DNA of 10,000 nt from assembly GCF_030686945.1 (NCBI RefSeq), contig NW_027122668.1, positions 50,099 through 60,098 on the forward strand, read 5' to 3'. Origin of the DNA: Centruroides vittatus. Its lineage: Eukaryota. Position 1 is the stretch's first letter, and every line of letters starts with the position of its first letter. The position numbers and the translations under genes are program-made. Under the pieces are notes generated by a model that was not told the DNA's origin, ran no database searches, and saw only the letters and a program-made list of their open reading frames with translations. Positions 1 to 8,025 of this stretch are shown piece after piece.

Positions 1-675
1 CGATCATCATTACAAATAGTGCAAGTGGCCAGTAAATCCTTAGGCGAGAAGGTTGCAAATGTTAGGATAGCATCTTCTATATCTCATAATAAAATCCATT
101 GTTAAGATTTTACAATGCAATGCCCTCTAAAACAAAGTATCAAAAATTACTTATAAAAATCAGAAGTAAATTGGTATTAAATGATTAAACAGACGAGTAA
201 AAAGTTAATTCAAAAAATTGAAAGTTTCAAATCTAGTTTATTTTTTAAATAATTTTGTGCAGATTTTCAATAATTGGTTCCTCGCGAGATTACTAACAAT
301 CAAGCATGCAATCCCCTATTGTGTCAGGCTCAATCTTTTACTATCATATAATAGTTGAATATCATGAAAGTTGAGACTAGATATGGAAAGCGTAGGGTCA
401 GGAAGCCAATAGTAACTATATACGAAGTCAAAATTGGGCTACTAGGGCCTGAATAATTCGAATTTCAATACTTTCAAAATAGTATGCTAGGAGAACCTCA
501 AACATATTAAGATGCAATGCTACAGTGCAGTACTTGATTTGAATTTCTTTTAAATGTTTTAAACAATACATGATTTCTATATTAGTGTTATAAATCTCAA
601 AGCAGCCTTCTAGTATTGTAATGAAAAAAATTGAAGAAACGGTAATTTTTATACTAATGTAAATAATATTTTCAG
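1..675 (+). other. Intron sequence upstream of the terminal CRAL-TRIO exon, AT-rich, ending in a polypyrimidine tract and AG acceptor at 674-675
   Basis: The downstream ORF begins directly after ...aaataatattttcag|TTG. An in-frame stop lies at 664-666, so coding cannot extend upstream. There is no long ORF in any frame. Confidence 0.5.
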
Positions 676-843
676 TTGCATTTTCACAGTTCTGGAATAG
701 AGTCTCTGCACAAATTCATCTCTCCCCAGCATCTTCCAGTAGAATATGGTGGACAATTACCTCCTCTCGATGTTACCGAATGTAACGAAAGTATAATGAA
801 ATTTCAAGAATATTTTGAAGATAATCAGAAATATTTCAGCTAA
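676..843 (+). CDS. Terminal coding exon of a CRAL-TRIO domain protein (alpha-tocopherol transfer protein-like / SEC14-like lipid-binding protein). It encodes 55 codons plus a TAA stop.
   Basis: The translation is LHFHSSGIESLHKFISPQHLPVEYGGQLPPLDVTECNESIMKFQEYFEDNQKYFS*. It aligns with the conserved CRAL-TRIO C-terminus, for example human alpha-TTP ...[49 protein letters not shown]. Shared residues include HxHG, SL, LP-EYGG and IMK-x-x-Y. It is preceded by a tattttcag acceptor and ends at TAA 841-843. Confidence 0.8.
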   Translation: MHFHSSGIESLHKFISPQHLPVEYGGQLPPLDVTECNESIMKFQEYFEDNQKYFS

Positions 844-945
844 AGAAAAATATAATTGGAATGTTTTTAGGTAAGAATTCATCCAAAAATCATATAAAAT
901 CATTATCATTTTTAGCAATAATTCACTCATTGTCATTAAAATCAG
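844..945 (+). other. Probable 3'UTR of the CRAL-TRIO gene, with an ATTAAA poly(A) signal variant at 935-940
   Basis: Non-coding AT-rich sequence follows the stop codon. ATTAAA occurs about 95 nt downstream of the stop, just before the transposon boundary. A GTAAGA at 871 could alternatively be a UTR intron donor. Confidence 0.35.
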
Positions 946-949
946 TGTA

Positions 950-969
950 CCAAGAAGGAGTTGTCGCAA
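950..969. repeat. Candidate left terminal inverted repeat of the Tc1-like element. Its partner is at 2903-2922.
   Basis: CAAGAAGGAGTTGT at 954-967 pairs with the revcomp of 2908-2921, CAAGAAGGGGTTGT. The extended match is 17 of 20. The outermost bases have diverged. Confidence 0.3.
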
Positions 970-1231
970 CGCTGAGAAACCTGGCACGCAGATAAGTCTC
1001 AAACAGATATAGAAATGGTTAGAGTTATAGCGTGATGGCTTATTGCGTAATGCCAGCACAGGACGTTAAATTGCGCCCTCTTGACCTAAAAATACGCGAA
1101 AAGACATGTCTGTAGTTCACCTGTTGCAGTGGGACGATGTAACCTTCAGATGCTTTTACGTCGCAATCGAAGTCCATATGAACAACTAACCGAGTTGAGA
1201 GAGGAAGAATAATCGGGTTCAGAGAACCTGA

Positions 1232-1935
1232 ATGGTCATCTCGCCGAATAGCTGGCTACCTAGGCTATTCTGACAACACTAAGGAGGTGTTGGGACTAGT
1301 GGACGAGAAAGAGATCGCATACACAGCGCCCAGGCTTAGGACGCCCTCGGCAAACCACTAGCCGAGAAGACCGCCTGGTCCTCTGACAAGTACGTACACA
1401 GCTGACCGTAACGTTCTCCGTCATCCAGACACAGGTAGCGCCATCACGAACCCGTGTGTCTGTTCGTACCATTTAGAGACGCCAGAGTGAGGAACATTCG
1501 GTATTGAAGCGGCCTTTAAGTGTGCTGCCATTGACGGCCACCCACCGTCGCCTCCGTTTATAGAGGTGTCGCTCCTGACGGTACTGGTCCGCAATTGAAT
1601 GGAATCGGGTCGTGTACAGCAACGAATCCAGATTCAGTTTGGTCACTGCGGGCGGCGGCGTTCGTATTTGGAGGCCCCGTGGTTAACGCCTCAATCTGTT
1701 ACGCTTTTGAGCGGCACACCGTCCACACAGCTGGTACGGTGGTCTGGGATGCCATCATATACACCTCTATGTTAAAGACATCCTGCAGCCACATGTGTTG
1801 CAGGGCTCCCAAGAGCCATTTTTCAAGACGACAATGCTCGACCACACACGACAAGGGCAGTGGTGATATTCAGCGGGTTCGCACAGGTTCGGCCGAACCC
1901 GTTGTTAAAATTTTCAGTTTTCCGAACCTTGTTAA
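1232..1935 (+). pseudogene. Tc1-like transposase pseudogene fragment A. It covers the N-terminal HTH DNA-binding region through the second catalytic D of the DDE triad and contains multiple frameshifts and stops.
   Basis: ATG lies at 1232-1234. Translations across shifting frames are IAGYLGYSDNT (compare IARxLGVSxSTVSR), GRPRQTTSREDRLVL, VSVRTI-RRQSEEH (compare VSxxTIRRRLHExGL), QRIQIQFGHCGRRRSYLEAP (compare ESRFQLFGxDGRxRVWRRPGE), HTAGTVVWDAIIYTS (compare HGGGSVMVWGxxS) and IFQDDNARPHTTRAVV (compare FQQDNAxxHTA). Confidence 0.7.
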
Positions 1936-2064
1936 ACACACGGAACATTTCTCAGTGGTTTTGTTATTTTAAAAAATATACATTAGAATATACGTATTAT
2001 ACTCTGCAATACTACCTAACTAGAGCCTTATACCTCGTTTGCACCGAGAATTTCAATGTAGATT

Positions 2065-2806
2065 GTGAGCAAGGTCGGGGACTGTGTCTTGGTGCGATCT
2101 CTCTCGACCGTTTCAATCTCGACCGAAACGAGGTTTAATCTCGATCGATTCAAGAGAGTTCTTGAAACTAGATCCAGTCATAAGAGAGATCCCACAATCT
2201 CAAGCGTGCGAGATAATACAAGATGTCTGTGGAACACGTATCGGACTATGGACAGCGAAATAAAAAGGATATTGTATTTCGAGAGATGATGACATCTGTC
2301 TATCAGCAGTGCCATTCGAGGTGAAAAATTTCTCTGCCTGGAAAAAAAGGTCGACAGCACTAATACACTATTGTTACCTGGTCTTCGCCCAGGGCTCGTT
2401 ACGTTCCGAACACGCCACTGATTATTAGATATATCGCAAGAAAAGGTATTGTATTTATTTCTAGCCAAAACTTCCATTTCGTTTGTCAGTGATTGTCAGG
2501 GAAAAATTAGCGAACCCTTTGTTAACTATTTCGAATATCACCACTGGACAAGGGTATCACAGGACTGCCTCCCCCACATTGCCACACTTTCCTGGTCTGC
2601 CCAATCTGATTTGTCAGCGGTCGAACTTGTCTGGGATCATTTGGGACGCCAAGTTGGACAGCCTAGGAGTTTGGCCGAACTAGAGGACCACTCGCAGCAA
2701 CAGTGGACTGAGATGCCGTAGGACAACATATGTCACCTGTATTCCTACACGCCCGCCAGTATCACATCGTATATTCACACTAGAGATGGCTTAATCGGGT
2801 ACTAGA
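2065..2806 (+). pseudogene. Tc1-like transposase pseudogene fragment B. It covers a weakly conserved middle region plus a clearly conserved stretch from the DDE region to the C-terminus, with frameshifts.
   Basis: The segment 2430-2806 translates to LFLAKTSISFVSDCQGKISEPFVNYFEYHHWTRVSQDCLPHIATLSWSAQSDLSAVELVWDHLGRQVGQPRSLAELEDHSQQQWTEMP followed by DNICHLYSYTPASITSYIHTRDGLIGY*. Compare the consensus ...FQQDNARPHTARVxQxxLxxxxIxxLxWPARSPDLSPIEHVWDxLGRRVxxxxxxxTLxELxxxLxxEWxxIPQxxIxxLIxSMPRRxxAxIxARGGxTxY*. Upstream, KRDPTISSVRDNTRCLWNTYRTMDSEIKRILYFERDD resembles KKPLLSxxHRxARLxWAxxHxxWTxEDWxRVLFSDESRF more weakly. The DNA at 2535-2560 is visibly homologous to 1839-1865 in fragment A. Confidence 0.65.
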
Positions 2807-2944
2807 ACCTCCTTTAATTTATTATTTTGCCTGTAGTAAATGATCCTTGTGCTTTCATTTTAAATCACTTATATCACTGTTACACTCACACATGGTACTG
2901 TACTAACAACCCCTTCTTGATGCGGTAATTTTTATTGCAATTAG

Positions 2945-3010
2945 TGTATATAAAATTATATTTACGTATGATGTATTAATTATACAAATATATTTATGTA
3001 TGATGTAAAT
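2945..3010. repeat. Two-copy direct repeat of roughly 40 bp. The units are 2951-2967 (TATTTACGTATGATGTA) and 2991-3007 (TATTTATGTATGATGTA) with similar flanks.
   Basis: Seen directly in the sequence. The units are AT-rich and near-identical, with a spacing of 40 bp. Confidence 0.5.
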
Positions 3011-3089
3011 ATAATACATTTCCGTTTACCAATACATTTAATATACGTAATGTGAAAGATTCACGTAACGGGATACGTTATATGAGTGT

Positions 3090-3235
3090 TATGGTTAAAA
3101 TATGGTAACAAGAAAAATGAGAACGTGGATACAATGGATATGAATGGAACGTGGATTCTTTTGGATACAATTTAAAGGAAATTTTGAAATTACAGAGTAT
3201 CCTTGTATTCAAATGTATCCATAATCTTTTATTGA
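3090..3235. repeat. Cluster of short motif repeats. GAACGTGGAT occurs twice, GGATACA occurs twice, and its inverse TGTATCC / GTATCC occurs twice.
   Basis: ...gagaacgtggatacaatggatatgaatggaacgtggattcttttggatacaattt...agtatccttgtattcaaatgtatccata. The cluster is both direct and inverted. Confidence 0.45.
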
Positions 3236-4012
3236 GAGCAGTTTGTTTTCTATTTGTAATTTTTCATATGAGGTCTAGCGACAGTGAGGAAGAGGAGTGA
3301 GTAGATGGATTATTCTTATCCATATGTAGCCATATTATGGATTTATAGCTTTATTTTCATTACTTTGTCTAGAATAATAAATAAAATAAAACCATGGCTG
3401 TATTTTGAAATATTATTCTAATGGGCATATGAACTTTTTACAGCAATAAATAACGTTATGCTTTATTTTAATTACAGTATTACCGTAGTTTATCTACTTA
3501 ATTTTATTTTTGTACTCAATATGTTAATTTTATTTTATTATGCAATAACACGGTTAATAAAGAACACAACCAAACTATTTGATGTTTGTTTTAATAGAAT
3601 TTTCTAACACCTAACAAATTACAGTAATTTTTTAAATACATTTTCAGAATATTGTTGAGAAGATCTATCTTCAAAGTGGAGTGAACTTAAATGTAACTAG
3701 CAATTATTTATTGTGACATCTTCACAATGACGGGCTGCAATTTTTAATCATATTTTTAATTTATTTCATTTGAAATATATGCTCTCGATTTTAATAATGT
3801 CTTGCCCCTGTAAATCATACTTTTCCTGTTAACAATAGTCATGCCGGACATTTATCTAATTCCGTTATGGAGAGACGTTTTGAATTGAAACAGCGTTACT
3901 TTCGGTACAAAGTCCGGAAGTTTGTATACAGTTAATCAGGGCCTGCTGCTTCTAAGTTTTCTATTTCTGATCTCGATATTTATCTATATAACTACGTTCT
4001 CGCGATTAAAGA

Positions 4013-4051
4013 ATGACAGAAAATATACCGGCAGATGCTACCGACAATTTG
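4013..4051 (+). CDS. Candidate short first coding exon, MTENIPADATDNL, followed by a consensus 5' splice site GTAAGT. This is speculative.
   Basis: aaagaATGACAGAAAATATACCGGCAGATGCTACCGACAATTTG|gtaagtc. An Inr-like ACAGTT lies about 80 bp upstream. The exon is only 13 codons. No downstream exon was identified. Confidence 0.12.
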
Positions 4052-4443
4052 TAAGTCTTCAAATTAGGAATTGCAATCCAATAATCATGCACCAGTTATG
4101 AAAGAAATTTCAGCAACTTATTCGTAATTGGCATACAGTAATGGGCAAAGGAATAATAACAAAAATTCGTTCAATAAAAGAAACACTAAAAATTGTGATA
4201 GAAGCGTTAAATTTTCCCTTCCTTTACAATACCATATGAATTTGGTAATTAAACAGAGAAGAGAATAACCAATACAATGTATGAAAGTAGGAAAAATATT
4301 AATTTTGTTTAATCCTTACACTTTTTACTCTCGAGCAAGATACACTTCGAATTTAAGATTTAGTTGCAAGTTTCATTAGAATAGGAATTTCTGATTATTT
4401 TTAAATAAATTTTATTCCAATTTAATTAAGTAATTGTATTACA

Positions 4444-4451
4444 TAAGGCAT
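4444..4451. repeat. Target-site duplication TAAGGCAT, left copy. The right copy is at 6449-6456.
   Basis: Identical 8-mers immediately flank the inverted termini. An 8 bp TSD is the hAT hallmark. Confidence 0.8.
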
Positions 4452-4465
4452 CAGTGGCGTGCCGT
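4452..4465. repeat. hAT left terminal inverted repeat CAGTGGCGTGCCGT
   Basis: It is the exact reverse complement of 6435-6448. Confidence 0.85.
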
Positions 4466-4470
4466 CATTG

Positions 4471-4496
4471 GAAGCGGTGGAAGCGCCGCTTCCACT
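4471..4496. repeat. Subterminal GGAAGCG direct repeats followed by a 19 bp hairpin palindrome GTGGAAGCG-C-CGCTTCCAC (4478-4496)
   Basis: ggaagcggtggaagcgccgcttccac. A 9 bp perfect stem flanks 1 nt. GGAAGC / GCTTCC recurs at 4687, 4706, 4781, 4801, 6391, 6399 and 6416. Confidence 0.6.
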
Positions 4497-4671
4497 TTCT
4501 AATGACCTTTCCTTCTAGTTTCTAAAATATAATTTTTCATATTTTAACGTATTTTAAATTAATTAAAATTGATATTTTATTATAACTGCATTATGTATCT
4601 TATTACAAATTTCTATACTACATGTGAAAAAAACGAAAAGATTGCTATTGTATATTCGAATATCAGTGGCG

Positions 4672-4720
4672 GAATGGAAGCGCTTACGAGACAGCTTCCA
4701 CGGCGAGAATAACTGAATGG
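4672..4720 (+). repeat. Internal partial duplicate of the hAT left terminus, reading ATCAGTGGCG...GGAAGCG...GCTTCCAC
   Basis: 4672 atcagtggcggaatggaagcgcttacgagacagcttccacggcg compares with the terminus 4450 atcagtggcgtgccgtcattggaagcggtggaagcgccgcttccac. Confidence 0.5.
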
Positions 4721-5179
4721 TGTAAAGCAGCTAGAGGGCATTGGCGCATGCGCTTTACAACCTCACCCGGTTTAACTGGTGGAAGCTACACACGTGTAAC
4801 GCTTCCAACGATTCTATCTATCCTTAGCCACCGGGTAGGGAGTTACTGTATTTGATTAAGTAAATTGTTTTAAGATTTAAAAAGTAAAAAGTATTCAATG
4901 TTATTTCTATGTACGTTTTTTTTTTGCAAAGTTATATTTAATTATAATTTTCTTTTAATTATACTGTAATTATATTGACAGATTTTCAGACAAAATCTTT
5001 AGAATTTTTATCACTTTTAGATGTTAATAATTTTAATATTATGAAAAACAATTTTTCCAAGCGTGTTTTAATTCTTTAAAATAAGTAAATTTTATGGGAA
5101 ATTTTTTGATTTATCTAAATTACGTAGCGAATCGCAATATTTATATTCGTGTCCGGACTATATTGACAAGTAACTCTTA

Positions 5180-5480
5180 AACATAAAACATATTATAATT
5201 AATGTCGATCCGAACAAAGATGTACTAAAAGAATTATATGATTTAATATCATTAATTTTTATAATACCATCTACCAGTGCGTCTGTTGAGGGCAGTTTTT
5301 CGACCACGAAGCAAATTCATACATTGGCCAGGAACACTCACTCGGTCGGAGGAAAAATTGCCGTCGCTAGCATTGCTTTCGATAGAAAAAAAGCTTTCAA
5401 ATGCGATGATGGAGTCTACGACCAGCGACTTTTGTGATAAAGTAATTAACGACTTTGCGGAAAAAATCGCCCAATAGAGT
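5180..5480 (+). pseudogene. hAT transposase C-terminal dimerisation (hATC) domain remnant. It contains a frameshift and lacks the N-terminal and catalytic parts.
   Basis: Frame a reads VDPNKDVLKELYDLISLIFIIPSTSASVEGSFSTTKQIHTLARNT. Frame b reads LTRSEEKLPSLALLSIEKKLSNAMMESTTSDFCDKVINDFAEKIAQ*. Compare the hATC consensus ...LxxLAxxYLxIPATSAxSERxFSxxxxIxTxLRNxMxQERLNxLxLLxIExDxxxxxDFDxIIxxFAxxK. Confidence 0.7.
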
Positions 5481-6033
5481 TAGTTTATAAAAAATTAAAA
5501 AAACAAGTTTTTCTATCATTGTTTGTATCATATCAATTTGTATTATGTATGTATTATTTATGTATTTTAGAACTGAAATACATAAATTGTTTATTTTTGT
5601 CACTTCCAGTATTTGTTTAAAACTTTTATGGAAATGTGATGTACCGGACAGGTCTGACCCGTCACGAAAGACGCGAAAAAACGGTTAATTTAGAGAAAAA
5701 TTTATTAGTTTAAAAAAAATAGGTAAAAGTCGTTTGTAATCGGACCATTGTTTATATCAAACTGCGAGGCGGAAACCATAAATCGCGGAAGGAAGTCGTC
5801 CTATGATCGGTGAAAGATCGAATTCATCTTCGATTTTGACTTTTCTCCCGCTCCAGGTAAGAGTCTCGTTACGTTTAGTAACCAGGGACCAACCACTCGG
5901 GAATCGTGATTGAGGGAGAATGACCAATAAAATGGACAAAAGAAAGAACGGAGATTGATATAATCTCTGACAATCGAGGACACCTCGCACTCGGTTAACG
6001 TTCCGAATAACCAAACGCGCAAACACAACGCGC

Positions 6034-6057
6034 AAAAAAAAAAAAAAAAAAAAAAAA
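6034..6057 (+). repeat. A24 homopolymer tract, T24 on the minus strand. It is preceded by the direct repeat AACGCGCAAA twice.
   Basis: Seen directly as cgcaaacacaacgcgcaaaaaaaaaaaaaaaaaaaaaaaatac. Confidence 0.9.
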
Positions 6058-6434
6058 TACAATTTCTCGTCTATTGTGCCAACCTGTAACCCGTGCCACC
6101 TCGGACTTAGACCGTGTCCCCGACGCAAACAGAGGAAGTCTCCCCGTGCCCTACAGACTTGTCAACGCCATTGTCCCGGGGCCACCTTCGATCGACCATC
6201 AAAGAACCACATCGACGCCCAGGATGTCCGAACGGCTGATTGTCCTAAAGAAAACTATTTTGTACATAGTATATGTTTATTTTATGTTTCTTTTTTGTCG
6301 GGTTTTGTCAGGTACGTCTCTTCCGCCACCACGCACGTACAAATGGACCCTAGGCCATCACTGACGCGCAATTAACTGATTGCCCCTGGAAGTCGGCTTC
6401 TTACAGAAACACAGCTTCCCTATCATCAAATGTC

Positions 6435-6448
6435 ACGGCACGCCACTG
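6435..6448. repeat. hAT right terminal inverted repeat ACGGCACGCCACTG
   Basis: It is the exact reverse complement of 4452-4465 and is followed by the TSD TAAGGCAT at 6449-6456. Confidence 0.85.
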
Positions 6449-7254
6449 TAAGGCATGTGATTGTGTTATTGGGATTTAATAACACGTGCCTTATATAATT
6501 TAAACATGGAAGCAATAAATAAAATACGTAAATACTATATAATAAAATGAAAATTTCATTTACGGTTTCTTACTGGGGAATGTATTATAAATACTACATT
6601 TTTATACGTAATAGAAGATAGAAGTTTGTATCAGTGTGTAATACGTAGAAAGACTCGATAAGAACAAACATTAAAAGGAGATTGAAGTTGCTAAAAATTT
6701 GAAATTTGACAGCTGAAGCAATAAAGATGTCACCCTGTTAGTCTGGGGCACTCCCATCCAAATCATGGTCAATTCCGAAATTTTTTTGGATAAGTTAAAC
6801 AAGATATGTAGGCGACGTACCTTACCATTCGGCCGCATCAATTATAGTCGTTATCTCATAGGGTTATAAAGAAAATGGCCATCGTAGTCCCTGCAGTACA
6901 GGAGAAATTTCAAAAACTTTTGAGCATGCCCATTTATTTTGCAATGTTTTGGTTATTATACTTATAGAATTCTCATTAGTAAAATATTAAATTTATTTAG
7001 CCCCATCGATAGCATCTGTGATCTTTAATGTAATGTCATTATTAAATATATGCAACTTCAACTTTTTATACGATATGTGCTCTTTACAAAAATGTTATCA
7101 TATTATTATGCAATAATATACTCTCTCCACCCTGTGGGCACTAAGAGGGCCTCTTTTGGCAAGCCCATTATGAATTAGGCCAGGCTCACAATAACGCGAC
7201 TGGGTGTCGACATATCCGGTCTAATCACCTCCCAAAAATTCCTGAGGATTTGCC

Positions 7255-7326
7255 GATCTGTCCGGATTCGATCTCGGATCCCCCACTGCTGTAGGTTTCC
7301 ACCTTGACCGCTCGGCCATCTGGCCT
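7255..7326 (-). mobile_element. tRNA-like head of a probable tRNA-derived SINE or tRNA pseudogene, with a type II Leu/Ser-like A box and B box. The body may extend to about 7135.
   Basis: The minus strand reads GGCCAGATGGCCGAGCGGTCAAGGTGG...GGATCCGAGATCGAATCCGG. The A box TGGCCGAGCGG fits TRGCNNAGTGG, and the B box GATCGAATCC fits GGTTCGAATCC 9 of 11. The spacing is about 46 nt. It does not fold into an intact cloverleaf. The GC-rich island at 7135-7330 is flanked by AT-rich DNA. Confidence 0.45.
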
Positions 7327-8025
7327 TAATATACTTGGCTTGGTGACACTACCGTATTTTTAAATATCCCAACTTTTTTAATATTTTCCCAAAAAAGCAG
7401 AAAAAAAAGAAAACAAAGATGTAATATTTTAATATTAAAAATATTATTTTAAACTTCACTAAATGTAATTCTTTGAATATTTTTTTAATTCAATTTAAAA
7501 ATTCCATTTCTCTCATCACCACAAGAGGGCATCTTTATAACTCCCTCTTGCGTGAAAAGTGAAATTATGTTTTTAAATCTCTATAATTTACAAATTACAA
7601 AATCTTTACTAAATCCATATTTAAAATAAATGCTTCGCAATACGACTAATTTATAAACATTTAGATAATGTTTTTAATTTATCTAAAGAAACCATGAAAA
7701 AAAGCCATTCTGAATAATTCGAATTGTAATCGAATGAATATTCAAAATTAATAGAATGAACAATGTTTCAATTAATTAGAAATCTGTTTAATATAGTATA
7801 CAAAAAATTACGATTAAATAATGCAAATGCAAGACTTCTCGATAAATTAGGCCATACATTTGGATTGAAAAGAGAACAAGTTTTCTTAGGTAGTTTTTTT
7901 TTATAATATACAATCAATATCAATTTAGGTATATTTATAATGATCTGAATTTATAAATATTTCCAAACTAAACTAATTTATAAAGGATTTTAAAAAATAC
8001 AAAAAAGTATTGAATTGTATATACA

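Larger units (their letters stand above)
946..2926 (+). mobile_element. Degenerate Tc1-like (IS630-Tc1-mariner superfamily) DNA transposon, about 2 kb. It contains two overlapping transposase pseudogene fragments, from either an internal duplication or a nested copy.
   Basis: GC content is elevated relative to the flanks. The transposase motifs listed in the features below are present. The left end begins with CAGTGTACC at 946. An imperfect inverted repeat pairs 950-969 (revcomp acaactccttcttggtacac) with 2903-2922 (acaaccccttcttgatgc), matching 17 of 20. TACTG|TA lies at 2897-2902. Confidence 0.55.
4452..6448 (+). mobile_element. Non-autonomous hAT-family DNA transposon (1997 bp). It has perfect 14 bp terminal inverted repeats and a perfect 8 bp TSD. 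The transposase is internally deleted and only the C-terminal domain remains.
   Basis: The left TIR CAGTGGCGTGCCGT lies at 4452-4465. The right TIR is its exact reverse complement ACGGCACGCCACTG at 6435-6448. TAAGGCAT directly flanks both ends. The terminus begins CAG as in hobo, Ac and Hermes. Subterminal GGAAGC / GCTTCC motifs occur at both ends. An internal hAT dimerisation-domain remnant lies at about 5180-5480. Confidence 0.8.

Noticed and set aside
1-45. Possible upstream CRAL-TRIO exon ending at the GTAAAT donor at 31
   Set aside because: The candidate translations (IIITNSASGQ / RSSLQIVQVA) do not resemble the expected KPFLxEKxxxRI segment, and the phase is not compatible with the acceptor at 676. 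The evidence is insufficient.
946-975. Resemblance of TCAGTGTACCAAGAAGGAGTTGTCG to the mariner Mos1 ITR (TCAGGTGTACAAGTATGAAATGTCG)
   Set aside because: The internal transposase motifs (GRPRxTTxREDR, SDESRF...DGRxRVWRR, HGGGSVMVWG, WPARSPDLSPIEHVWD, MPRRxxAxIxARGGxTxY) are Tc1-like rather than mariner-like. Mariner has SPDLAPSDYHLF. The ITR resemblance is treated as superfamily-level or coincidental.
757-1059. Minus-strand 100 aa ORF overlapping the CRAL-TRIO exon and 3'UTR
   Set aside because: It is antisense to a well-supported exon and has low-complexity, AT-driven composition. No motif was recognised.
1595-2721. Supplied ORFs 1595-1972, 1860-2138, 2065-2289, 2449-2721 and 2483-2683 read as intact genes
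   Set aside because: They are pieces of the same decayed Tc1-like transposase read in different frames. The conserved motifs are split across frames by indels and interrupted by stops. None encodes a full DDE domain.
6034-6057. A24 tract as the poly(A) tail of a retroposed element with target-site duplications
   Set aside because: No matching direct repeat of the downstream flank (TACAATTTCTCG) was found upstream. It is kept only as an open possibility under the hAT cargo finding.
5757-6128. Minus-strand ORFs (123 aa and 75 aa) containing a poly-Phe run
   Set aside because: The FFFFFFF stretch is simply the T24 complement of the A24 tract. The rest shows no recognisable similarity. It is an artefact of ORF calling inside the hAT element cargo.
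6074-6375. Overlapping + strand ORFs of 96 and 99 aa
   Set aside because: The composition is Pro/Arg-rich and low-complexity. They overlap each other in adjacent frames inside a transposon and carry no recognisable domain.
7255-7326. Functional tRNA genes at 7255-7326 (-) and 8026-8106 (+)
   Set aside because: The A and B boxes are present, but the acceptor, anticodon and T stems cannot be paired. They are better explained as SINE heads or pseudogenes.
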